Positions 28,528 through 37,671 of a stretch of DNA of 64,000 nt are shown here, in pieces; positions within the stretch are counted from its first letter, which is position 1, and each line of letters opens with the position of its first letter. The position numbers and the translations under genes were made by a program. The stretch comes from Synechococcales cyanobacterium VAR_4_metabat_354 (GTDB lineage: Bacteria; Cyanobacteriota; Cyanobacteriia; Cyanobacteriales; Chamaesiphonaceae). The notes below the pieces were generated by a model that saw only the letters and a list, made by a program, of their open reading frames with translations, searched no databases and was not told where the DNA came from. The stretch is from the NCBI GenBank assembly GCA_031414775.1, contig JANOQI010000041.1:32001-96000 (forward strand). The letters run 5' to 3'.

Positions 28528-31068
28528 ATGACTAAACAGAATTTGGTAGTTGTCGGCAATGGCATGGTTGGGCACAAGTTCCTAGAACGCATGGTGGGCA
28601 AGGATGCTCATCAAGATTGGAACCTAATCACCTTCTGCGAAGAACCCCGGGTGGCTTACGATCGAGTCAATCTGAGTGGCTTTTTTGCGGGTAAGACAGT
28701 AGCCGATTTAACGCTGGTTGAACCTAACTTCTACCAAGACAATGGCATTCAGCTGCATCTAGGCGATCGAGTAATGGAGATCGATCGAGATGCCAAAACC
28801 GTGACCTCGGCCAATGGCGTGGTTACGCCCTACGACAAAATTGTTTTAGCCACTGGCTCTTACCCCTTTGTGCCACCAATCAAAGGTAGTCTCACTGAAG
28901 GAACCTTTGTTTATCGGACGATCGATGACTTAGAAGCCATGTTGGCCTTCGCCACTAATTGTCAGACGGGGGTCGTCGTTGGTGGTGGTCTGCTGGGCTT
29001 GGAATGTGCTAACGCCATCCAAAATATGGGATTAACCACCCATGTAGTAGAATTTGCTCCGCGTCTGATGCCGGTGCAGGTGGATGAGATGGGTGGTCTG
29101 ACCCTCAAAAATAAAATTGCCGAACTGGGTGTGACTATTCATACCAGCAAATCCACCACCGAAATTGTCAGCAACAACGGCCGCGTCCAGAAAATGCTGT
29201 TTGCTGATGGCAGTGAATTGCTGACCGATATGATTGTATTTTCCGCCGGAATCCGTCCCCGCGACGAAATGGCGCGACAATGTGGCTTGGCGGTTGGCGA
29301 TCGCGGCGGCATTGTGATTAACGATCACTGTCAAACCTCTGACCCAGATATTTACGCGATCGGCGAATGCGTGCTCCACCAAAATCGGGTCTACGGCTTA
29401 GTGGCTCCTGGTTACACGATGGCCACTGTCGCTGCTGACAACCTTTGCGAACTGGGTAGCAATACCTTCACTGGTGCGGACATGTCTACCAAGCTCAAGC
29501 TGTTGGGAGTTGATGTAGCCAGTTTTGGGGATGCCTTCGCCACCACGCCTGGAGCAAAAGAAATTGCGATCTCTGACGCGATCGCCGGTACTTACAAGAA
29601 ATTAGTGGTGAACGAAACTGGCAATCAGTTGCTGGGCGGGATGCTAGTTGGTGATGCCAGCGCCTACGGCAATCTGTTGCAACTAGTCCAAAACCAAATT
29701 GTCTTGCCGCCCCATCCCGAAGATTTGATTTTGCCAGAACGTAGTGGTAAAGCAGCGGGCATGGGCGTGGACAGCTTCCCGGACAGTTCTCAAATCTGTT
29801 CTTGTAACAACGTCACTAAAGGCCAAATCTGCACCGCTATTCAAGAGCATGGTTTTACGGAAGTCGGGGCGGTGAAAAAATGTACTAACGCTGGCACTGG
29901 CTGTGGTGGCTGTGTGCCGCTCGTTACTGATATCTTGAAGATGGAGATGAAGAAGGCTGGACTAGAGGTCAAAAACAATCTCTGTGAGCATTTTGCCTAT
30001 TCCCGCCAAGATTTGTATCTGCTAGTGCGATCGCAACAAATTCACACCTTTGATGATTTATTGGTGCGTCATGGTGCTGGTAAGGGGTGCGAAATCTGTA
30101 AGCCAGCAGTGGGTTCGATTTTGGCCTCGGCCTGGAATGATTATGTCTTGAACCCACCCCATGTGGGATTGCAGGACACCAACGATGCGTTCCTGGCCAA
30201 TATCCAAAAGGACGGTACCTATTCGGTGATTCCGCGCGTTCCCGGCGGTGAAATTACTCCTGATGGTTTGATGGCGATCGGTGCGATTGCTAAAGAATTT
30301 GGTCTCTATACCAAAATAACTGGAGCGCAGCGCATTGATTTGCTAGGTGCCCGGGTCGATCAATTGCCTCAGATTTGGCAAAAGTTGATCGCTGCTGGGT
30401 TTGAGTCTGGTCATGCTTATGGCAAAGCTTTGCGGACTGTCAAATCCTGTGTCGGCAGCACTTGGTGCCGCTTTGGGGTGCAAGATTCTGTGAGTCTGGC
30501 GATCGATGTCGAGCTGCGTTATCGCGGTCTTCGTGCTCCTCACAAGTTTAAATCAGCGGTTTCCGGCTGTACCCGTGAATGCGCCGAAGCCCAGAGCAAA
30601 GATTTTGGAATTATTGCCACCGAAAAAGGCTGGAACCTTTATGTCTGCGGCAATGGCGGCATGAAGCCCCAACACGCCCAATTGCTGGCCGAGGATCTCG
30701 ATCGAGAGACCTTGATTAAATATATTGATCGTTTCCTGATGTTTTATATCCGCACTGCCAATCGTCTTGAGCGCACCGCCACCTGGTTCAACAAACTGGA
30801 AGGCGGCCTGGATTATCTTAAGCAAGTGGTGATTCATGACTCACTTGGTCTCTGTGCTGAGTTTGAAGCGGAAATGGCCAGTCAGGTAGCTACTTACCAG
30901 TGTGAATGGCAAGCAACCATTGCGGACCCAGCTAAGTTGCAGCGGTTTAGTCATTTTGTGAATAGTGATCAACCCGATCCTAGCTTGATGCGGGTGGCCG
31001 AGCGAGGACAAACTCGTCCAGCCTACGACCATGAAAAAATCTTAGTTACTCCAGGTGCGGAGCATTAA
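28528..31068 (+). CDS. nirB: NADH-dependent nitrite reductase large subunit
   Basis: VVVGNGMVG FAD motif, GGGLLGLE NAD motif, BFD-like CSCNNV/AGTGCGGC and GCEICKP, and siroheme/4Fe-4S motifs KSCVGSTWCRFG and SGCTRECAE. Confidence 0.95.
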   Translation: MTKQNLVVVGNGMVGHKFLERMVGKDAHQDWNLITFCEEPRVAYDRVNLSGFFAGKTVADLTLVEPNFYQDNGIQLHLGDRVMEIDRDAKTVTSANGVVTPYDKIVLATGSYPFVPPIKGSLTEGTFVYRTIDDLEAMLAFATNCQTGVVVGGGLLGLECANAIQNMGLTTHVVEFAPRLMPVQVDEMGGLTLKNKIAELGVTIHTSKSTTEIVSNNGRVQKMLFADGSELLTDMIVFSAGIRPRDEMARQCGLAVGDRGGIVINDHCQTSDPDIYAIGECVLHQNRVYGLVAPGYTMATVAADNLCELGSNTFTGADMSTKLKLLGVDVASFGDAFATTPGAKEIAISDAIAGTYKKLVVNETGNQLLGGMLVGDASAYGNLLQLVQNQIVLPPHPEDLILPERSGKAAGMGVDSFPDSSQICSCNNVTKGQICTAIQEHGFTEVGAVKKCTNAGTGCGGCVPLVTDILKMEMKKAGLEVKNNLCEHFAYSRQDLYLLVRSQQIHTFDDLLVRHGAGKGCEICKPAVGSILASAWNDYVLNPPHVGLQDTNDAFLANIQKDGTYSVIPRVPGGEITPDGLMAIGAIAKEFGLYTKITGAQRIDLLGARVDQLPQIWQKLIAAGFESGHAYGKALRTVKSCVGSTWCRFGVQDSVSLAIDVELRYRGLRAPHKFKSAVSGCTRECAEAQSKDFGIIATEKGWNLYVCGNGGMKPQHAQLLAEDLDRETLIKYIDRFLMFYIRTANRLERTATWFNKLEGGLDYLKQVVIHDSLGLCAEFEAEMASQVATYQCEWQATIADPAKLQRFSHFVNSDQPDPSLMRVAERGQTRPAYDHEKILVTPGAEH

Positions 31069-31090
31069 CTGCTAGCAACTGTTTGATCAT

Positions 31091-31114
31091 GGCGGCGGTC
31101 ATCTGCCGCTTTTT
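31091..31114 (+). terminator. Terminator-like hairpin between nirB and nirD
   Basis: GGCGGCGG-tcat-CTGCCGCT followed by TTTT. Confidence 0.5.
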
Positions 31115-31151
31115 CAATTCTCCCTCACCCAATTACTTCTTACTTCAACTT

Positions 31152-31490
31152 ATGACTTCATTGTTAACCATGACTTGGACTACTGTTTGCCCTCTCAGCC
31201 GCATCCTGCCTAATACTGGTGTTTGTGCCCTGATTGCTGGTCAGCAAGTGGCGATTTTTCGGGTGGGTGAATCGGAGGTGTATGCGATCGACAACTACGA
31301 TCCTTTTAGTGAAGCCTTTGTGCTATCGCGGGGGATTATCGGCGATCGTAACGGTATCCCTAAAGTGGCCTCTCCTATTTATAAACAGAACTTCAATTTA
31401 ATCACTGGGCAATGTTTGGATGATGATACTGTTAGTGTTGCTGTCTATGCTGTCCAAGTGGTAAATGATAATGTGCAGATTGGCACCTAA
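31152..31490 (+). CDS. nirD: Nitrite reductase small subunit
   Basis: ILPNTGVCAL, QVAIFR, DPFSEAFVLSRGIIGD and VASPIYKQNFNL. Confidence 0.93.
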   Translation: MTSLLTMTWTTVCPLSRILPNTGVCALIAGQQVAIFRVGESEVYAIDNYDPFSEAFVLSRGIIGDRNGIPKVASPIYKQNFNLITGQCLDDDTVSVAVYAVQVVNDNVQIGT

Positions 31491-31677
31491 TTGAGTAGCT
31501 GCTGTGAATATCTATAGACAAAAAAATAAAATTTTGTCTGCCAATTTGGGATCAGCTATACTTATCGGATGTGTATTATCGTCAGTGAGCGAGGATGTCA
31601 TCTTTAACAATGGCACTAACTGCTTGAGATAAGTTCTGCTTTGGGTTTAGCCTACTTTTATTTAGAGATGATATCCT

Positions 31678-32499
31678 ATGGAAATCACCACCACAGATTA
31701 TTCAAAAGACCAAATCGAGCCAACACAGTCGCTAACTGTACGTATTCCCGAAGCAACATTAGATGAGCTTTTTGAGGAACAGCTCGATGACCTGCTGCGA
31801 ATGGAAGAAATCAAGCCAAGAAAAATAAAGCAGTCTGTACCGCCATCTAATTCCCCGAGCCAAAAAAAAATAAAAGAGGCTGTGTCAACGCCAGAAATAA
31901 AGCAGCTGCCCCCTGTCACAGAAGTAGTGATTGACCAGCAGCATCAACTAGAAGAATATCAACGTCAGTTGAATACTCAAGAGCAACAAATTAAGGCGCA
32001 GCAAGAACAACTCAATCGGCTCAATGAGCTGTTGATTCAATCCCATCGTCAAGAGCCTCAACAGCTTTTACCGACAATGGGCCAGGTTAGCTATAAAAGA
32101 CGTAAGGCTGGGGCGGTAATCTTAGCGGCAGCATTTGGTACTGGAGTGGTGGTTCTGAACCCATTGTCAAATACTGAGCTGGCTAAACAAATATTCATTA
32201 CGCTCGCTGATGTGGCAATGTATATCATGCTTTGGGATATTTATTTTGATGAAAAACTAGCCCAGAAAAATCTCCAGTCAATCTTGTCAGAACTTTTTGC
32301 TATTACGTTGAGTAGCATTTTTACAGCTTACGTTTTGGCTAAAGGTATTACGGTTTCCATAAACTATCTGACTAATGCTTTAGGTTCGATCGGCTGGCCT
32401 GTTTCTAGTGTTTTGGCAACGTTTGCTACTGGCTTGTTGGGATTAGGATGGGCATCTTATTGTGATGATTGGTATCGCAATTCTCAATCTAAAAAATAA
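31678..32499 (+). CDS. Hypothetical protein: acidic/coiled-coil N-terminus, hydrophobic C-terminus
   Basis: Gln/Glu-rich coiled-coil followed by 3-4 hydrophobic helices. Confidence 0.65.
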   Translation: MEITTTDYSKDQIEPTQSLTVRIPEATLDELFEEQLDDLLRMEEIKPRKIKQSVPPSNSPSQKKIKEAVSTPEIKQLPPVTEVVIDQQHQLEEYQRQLNTQEQQIKAQQEQLNRLNELLIQSHRQEPQQLLPTMGQVSYKRRKAGAVILAAAFGTGVVVLNPLSNTELAKQIFITLADVAMYIMLWDIYFDEKLAQKNLQSILSELFAITLSSIFTAYVLAKGITVSINYLTNALGSIGWPVSSVLATFATGLLGLGWASYCDDWYRNSQSKK

Positions 32500-32507
32500 A
32501 AGTTTAA

Positions 32508-33434
32508 TTGAATTATCGATTTTCTTACAGCCTATATCAACGTCAGTTTCGCCAAGCGCTAGCAACTAGCCATGGTGAATGGGCAGTGCGGGAGGGTCTG
32601 ATCATCCGTTTACAAGCACCTCACAGTGATATTTACTGGGGTGAAATTGCGCCGATCCCCTGGTTTGATTCCGAGACAATCAGTGCCGCTCAGGATTTTT
32701 GTCAGTCTTTAGCTGGTCGGTGGACAGAGAACATTGAGATACCAGATCACCTGCCAGCTTGTCAGTTTGCCTGGAGTGCGGCTCTTAAGTATGGTCGAAA
32801 CTGGGCAATTCATTGGACAATGAATCGATCGATCGATCCCTGCTGGAGTGTGTTGTTACCAGCTGGCCGTAAAGCGCTCACTAGTTGGCAAACCTTTTGG
32901 GCACAAGGGCATCGCACCTTTAAATGGAAAATTGGGGTGGAGTCGATCGATCAAGAATTAGAAATCCTCTCGAAACTAGTATTGCCCGCCGGAGCCAAGT
33001 TAAGGCTGGATGCTAACGGTGGTCTCAGCTACGAACAAGCCACCATCTGGCTCAGGCAATGTGAGACTCTGCCCCATATTGAATTTATCGAGCAACCGCT
33101 GCTTGATCTAAAAGACATGCTGAAACTAGCCGATCGATATCCAACACCACTGGCTCTAGATGAATCGGTTAGTAATTTAGCAAGATTGCAAAGCAGTTAC
33201 CAACAAGGCTGGCGGGGGATTTTTGTGATTAAACCGGCTATTGCTGGCCATCTTGATCAGCTGGCCGATTTCATTCACCAGCAACAGCTAGATGTAGTTT
33301 GCTCTACTAGTATCGAGAGTCCGATTGGTCAGAGTGCGATTATCCAGTGGGCACAGGAGCAAGGATTCGATCAACGTGCCATGGGCTTTGGTGTTCAGCA
33401 TTGGTTCACCGCCGATTTCGACCCGACAATTTAG
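32508..33434 (+). CDS. menC: o-succinylbenzoate synthase
   Basis: GEIAPIPWF, TFKWKIG, LRLDANGG, EFIEQPL, LALDESV and VIKP enolase-superfamily motifs. Confidence 0.88.
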   Translation: MNYRFSYSLYQRQFRQALATSHGEWAVREGLIIRLQAPHSDIYWGEIAPIPWFDSETISAAQDFCQSLAGRWTENIEIPDHLPACQFAWSAALKYGRNWAIHWTMNRSIDPCWSVLLPAGRKALTSWQTFWAQGHRTFKWKIGVESIDQELEILSKLVLPAGAKLRLDANGGLSYEQATIWLRQCETLPHIEFIEQPLLDLKDMLKLADRYPTPLALDESVSNLARLQSSYQQGWRGIFVIKPAIAGHLDQLADFIHQQQLDVVCSTSIESPIGQSAIIQWAQEQGFDQRAMGFGVQHWFTADFDPTI

Positions 33435-34573
33435 AACACCTGCAAACTCTGTAAAACTACCTGTTCAGCACTCAAATTTTTGCCCTGGATCAACACGCTA
33501 AATCCGCCTAAGCCATTTGGGTCAATCAGCTGATGAAGGGCTTGTCGCTGCTGTAACGTAGACATTACATCAGTACTATTGTTAGTGACTTGAGCGATGC
33601 GATCGGATAGCCCTAAAGCCATCAAAAATAGTCCTTGCTTCGTCAATCCAATTTGCTGTAATCCAGCCGCTGCTCCTTGGCGAATTAGACTACTAAAATC
33701 CACATGGGCGGTTAAATCTTGGTTGCCAATGTGAACGTAAGGATCATTGTGATGACGGTGCTGGTAATAGCATTGCAAGGTGCCTTGATCACGCATCGGG
33801 TTGTAATAACGATCGGCACTATAGCCATAGTCAATCAATAGTAGATAACCACAGCGTAGCTTGGGTGCGATGGTCTGAATCAAACCTAACGCCGCTAAAT
33901 TCACCTCCGTGCGATAACCAGCGGCGTAGCCACCGATATCGATATGAGCCTGCCCAAAATACTTCAGCAATTCAGTTGTAGATAACTCGGCCACCTGCTC
34001 CACGAGCTGCTGCTCAAAAATACTGATATAGACTTCTTTTAACTCACCAGCCTCCACTACTACCTGATGTACAGGCAGAGCATCAATCAGTTCATTGGCG
34101 AACACACAACCAATTAACCCCTCGTCCGGCAGTGCTGACCAGCTCGACCAGCGCACTGGCCAGTCACTTAAAAGCCGCTGCTGACTGGCCACCATGGCCG
34201 TTGCCGTCTCTATAATGATATAATCCAGACTTGCTAGTAATTCTGGCTGATGCTGCTGCCAATACCTAAGCATATCCAAGGCCAACAAACCTTGGCCGGC
34301 ACCCATTTCCACCACGGTAAACGGCTGGGGTTGACCCAATAACTGCCACATCTGAGCCACCTGAATTGCCAACAGCTCTCCATAATCTCTACCCAAATGT
34401 GGCGAAGTAAAAAAATCACCCTGACTGCCAATCCGCTGGGAACTACGCGCATAATAACCCAACTGGGGTGCGTAGAGGGCGAGTTCCATGTACTCCGCAA
34501 AGGTGATGCGCTGCTGAGGGCTAGCGAGGATTCGATCGTAAATCAACTGTTTTAGGGGCGGATGGTCAGACAT
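33431..34573 (-). CDS. SAM-dependent methyltransferase, MidA/NDUFAF7 family
   Basis: ITFAEYMELALY, GDFFTSP, VEMGAGQG, ANELIDALP, LIDYG and QDLTAHVDF. Confidence 0.9.
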   Translation of the reverse strand: MSDHPPLKQLIYDRILASPQQRITFAEYMELALYAPQLGYYARSSQRIGSQGDFFTSPHLGRDYGELLAIQVAQMWQLLGQPQPFTVVEMGAGQGLLALDMLRYWQQHQPELLASLDYIIIETATAMVASQQRLLSDWPVRWSSWSALPDEGLIGCVFANELIDALPVHQVVVEAGELKEVYISIFEQQLVEQVAELSTTELLKYFGQAHIDIGGYAAGYRTEVNLAALGLIQTIAPKLRCGYLLLIDYGYSADRYYNPMRDQGTLQCYYQHRHHNDPYVHIGNQDLTAHVDFSSLIRQGAAAGLQQIGLTKQGLFLMALGLSDRIAQVTNNSTDVMSTLQQRQALHQLIDPNGLGGFSVLIQGKNLSAEQVVLQSLQVF

Positions 34574-34665
34574 GATCGAACAAAATGAAGATCGCAAACC
34601 CTTAGATCATGGCACTTGTCTTATCAACAGTGCAACAATACAAACAAAAGCTGTCCTCCTGTCCT

Positions 34666-37332
34666 ATGCCATCTGCTGCTCTCTCCACGACCGAATTACA
34701 ACAAGCTTTTCCTTTCGACTTAGATCGGTTTCAGCTGCAAGCCATTAATGCTCTCAATCAAGGTCGATCGGTGGTGGTTTGTGCACCAACTGGTTCGGGT
34801 AAAACTCTGATTGGTGAATATGCTATTCATCGATCGCGTAAAATTGGTGGTCGGGTCTTTTATACTACGCCGCTCAAAGCGTTGTCCAACCAGAAGTTCC
34901 GAGATTTCCGGACAGAATTTGGTCGAGAATCAGTGGGTCTATTGACTGGGGATGTTTCAATTAATCGAGATGCTCCGATCGTGGTCATGACCACCGAAAT
35001 TTTTCGGAATATGCTTTACGGTACCCGCATCGGCGATGTCGGTGTTTCCCTACTCGGTGTAGATGCGGTGGTATTAGATGAATGCCACTATATGAACGAT
35101 AAGCAACGGGGCACCGTCTGGGAAGAATCAATTATTTATTGTCCCAAAAATGTCCAGATTGTGGCGCTCTCGGCCACCGTCGCCAACAGCCAGCAGCTCA
35201 CGGAGTGGATTAGTAGTGTCCATGGCCCGACTGAACTAATTTATTCTGACTACCGCCCGGTACCTTTACAATTTCACTTTGCCAGTCCCAAAGGTCTTTT
35301 CCCCCTCTTAGATAATAACTCTAACCAGCTTAATTCTAAACTCAAATCGCATCAGCCCAAGGGTTCTCGCAAACGGGAGGATGTTCCTAGTACTGGCTTC
35401 ATTGTCGGTAAACTAGCCGAACGCGAGATGCTACCGGCGATCTTCTTTATCTTCAGTCGTAAAGGTTGCGACCAAGCGGTCAACGATATGAGTATCATGA
35501 ACCTGATCAATAGAGAGGAAGAAGCACTCCTCCGCGACAAGATCGATCGGTGGCTGCGTAAAAACCCCGAAGCTGTTCGCCACGGTCAAGTCGAGGCTCT
35601 ATATCGGGGTATTGCTGCTCATCACGCCGGTATTTTGCCAGCCTGGAAAGTGTTGGTAGAAGAGCTGTTTACTCAAGGTTTGATCAAAGTGGTGTTTGCC
35701 ACTGAAACCCTGGCAGCGGGTATCAATATGCCTGCCCGCACTACTGTAATTTCTAGCCTGTCCAAGCGTACCGATGTTGGCCACCGGCTGCTAACGGCTT
35801 CCGAATTCCTGCAAATGTCTGGTCGTGCTGGCCGCCGAGGCAAAGATGTGATTGGCCATGTGGTAACAGTGCAGAGTCGCTTTGAAGGTGCCGCTGATGC
35901 TGCTCATTTGGCCACTTCACCTGCCGATCCACTAGTGAGCCAGTTTACACCAACTTACGGCATGGTGCTCAACTTACTCCAGACTCATACCTTAGACGAA
36001 GCCAAAGAATTAGTTGAAAGTAGTTTTGGCCAATTCACTGCCAACTCTGTTCTCCAGCCGCAACAGGTGGCTATCAAAGAAGCTGAGCGTGAGCTAAATC
36101 AGTTGGCATTATTACTAGATCAAGTTAATCCGGCAGAATTGGATAGCTATGAAAGTTTGAATTCTCAGATGAAGTTAGAGCAGTCTCAACTCAAGAATTT
36201 ACAGCTTTATTACGATCAGGTGCGGGTTAATCAAGTCGCCCGCCTGATGCCCAATGCCGAGCCTGGTACGATCATGAGTCTTAAGGGTAAGAATGTGCCC
36301 GTTTCTACTCCCCTACCAGCTTTGTTGGTAGCTAAAGCCAGCGGTGCCCATCGTAGTCGGTTATTGCTCTGTCTTGGTCAAGATAATCGTTGGTATGTAG
36401 TGGGAAATCAAGATGTAGTGGGCGTACATGAGCCATGGTCGGCCTATGTCGGTCGGCAGCAGGTGCCGCCAGTGGCAGCTCTATTGCCGCCCGATGATAT
36501 GCCGGTGCGCGCGGGTCAAGTTCGGAAAGGTACCGACACTACCGCTGCGATCGCCAAGCTCATTCCCCGGGTGGAGATTACCACAGTGCCGGAAGTGGCT
36601 GAGCAGATGGAGAAGATCGATCAACTAAAGCAGCAGTTAGAAAAGCATATCGTTTGGCAGTGGGGCAATCCCGCGACCTTGCTCAAACGCCATCGCCGTC
36701 GCCAGATTTTGGAGCAAGAGATTGCGGAACGCCAGAGTAAATTGGGCGATCTATTGGCGCGTCATTGGCAAGAATTTCTGAGCCTGATCGAAGTACTCCG
36801 ACAGATGGGGGGCTTGAATGACGTGATGCCAACAGTTTTAGGCGAAATAGCAGCAGCAATTCGTGGTGACAATGAGTTGTGGCTGGCTATTTGTATGTCA
36901 TCGGGCTTCTTGGATGAGTTGCCGCCTCAAGATTTGGCTGCCACCATCTGCGCTTTGGTATCGGAAACACCGCGCAATGATAGTTGGGTGAACTACGATC
37001 CACCGGAAATGATGATGATGGCACTCAGTGGTTTACGTGGTTCGCGCCGTCAGTTGTTTCAAGTCCAGCACCGTCACCGCGTTACTTTACCAGTGTGGAT
37101 GGAGTATGACATGGTGGGTTTAGTGCAATACTGGGCACTGGAAACATCTTGGGCTGAAGTGTGTGATGGCTGTAGTTTAGATGAGGGTGACATGGTACGG
37201 ATGCTCCGCCGCACAGTGGATATGCTATCGCAGATCCCTCACATTCCCCATATTTCTGATGCGCTCAAGACTACTGCCAAGCAAGCTGTGCAATTGATCG
37301 ATCGATTCCCTGTCAATGAAAAAATCGAATAG
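34666..37332 (+). CDS. helY: Ski2/HelY-like SF2 RNA helicase
   Basis: APTGSGKT, DECH, LSAT, QMSGRAGRRG and C-terminal DSHCT-like LDEGDMVRMLRR. Confidence 0.9.
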   Translation: MPSAALSTTELQQAFPFDLDRFQLQAINALNQGRSVVVCAPTGSGKTLIGEYAIHRSRKIGGRVFYTTPLKALSNQKFRDFRTEFGRESVGLLTGDVSINRDAPIVVMTTEIFRNMLYGTRIGDVGVSLLGVDAVVLDECHYMNDKQRGTVWEESIIYCPKNVQIVALSATVANSQQLTEWISSVHGPTELIYSDYRPVPLQFHFASPKGLFPLLDNNSNQLNSKLKSHQPKGSRKREDVPSTGFIVGKLAEREMLPAIFFIFSRKGCDQAVNDMSIMNLINREEEALLRDKIDRWLRKNPEAVRHGQVEALYRGIAAHHAGILPAWKVLVEELFTQGLIKVVFATETLAAGINMPARTTVISSLSKRTDVGHRLLTASEFLQMSGRAGRRGKDVIGHVVTVQSRFEGAADAAHLATSPADPLVSQFTPTYGMVLNLLQTHTLDEAKELVESSFGQFTANSVLQPQQVAIKEAERELNQLALLLDQVNPAELDSYESLNSQMKLEQSQLKNLQLYYDQVRVNQVARLMPNAEPGTIMSLKGKNVPVSTPLPALLVAKASGAHRSRLLLCLGQDNRWYVVGNQDVVGVHEPWSAYVGRQQVPPVAALLPPDDMPVRAGQVRKGTDTTAAIAKLIPRVEITTVPEVAEQMEKIDQLKQQLEKHIVWQWGNPATLLKRHRRRQILEQEIAERQSKLGDLLARHWQEFLSLIEVLRQMGGLNDVMPTVLGEIAAAIRGDNELWLAICMSSGFLDELPPQDLAATICALVSETPRNDSWVNYDPPEMMMMALSGLRGSRRQLFQVQHRHRVTLPVWMEYDMVGLVQYWALETSWAEVCDGCSLDEGDMVRMLRRTVDMLSQIPHIPHISDALKTTAKQAVQLIDRFPVNEKIE

Positions 37333-37671
37333 TTTGGGACGGAGTTTTCGATCGCTGCGACATCTTGCTGATGAAGCTTCTCAGACTTTTTACTGATTTG
37401 ATCCCCAAGAATTCGCTACTAGTTGGGGGCGGAAGTCTGCCAATGCGCCTCAAAGTGACTGAAGCGTAAGGCTTGCAAGAATTTGGTATGCACACTACCT
37501 GTTAGATCAGCCGTCATAAGTACGTTGATTTTTAATAGAAATCGGTGATAGTCTAGGCTGGCTTGTTGGGCAATATAAGAATTAAGCACTACCGAAAACA
37601 TGAGTTTGTCGGTGTATTTATTTTCCTTCCAGTGCTCTCTTAAATTCTTATTTGGTCAACCATCCCCAACC

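Noticed and set aside
37333..37671. Remnant of the missing N-terminal C-domain half upstream of the NRPS
   Set aside because: No HHxxxDG or other C-domain motif was seen in the frames inspected.
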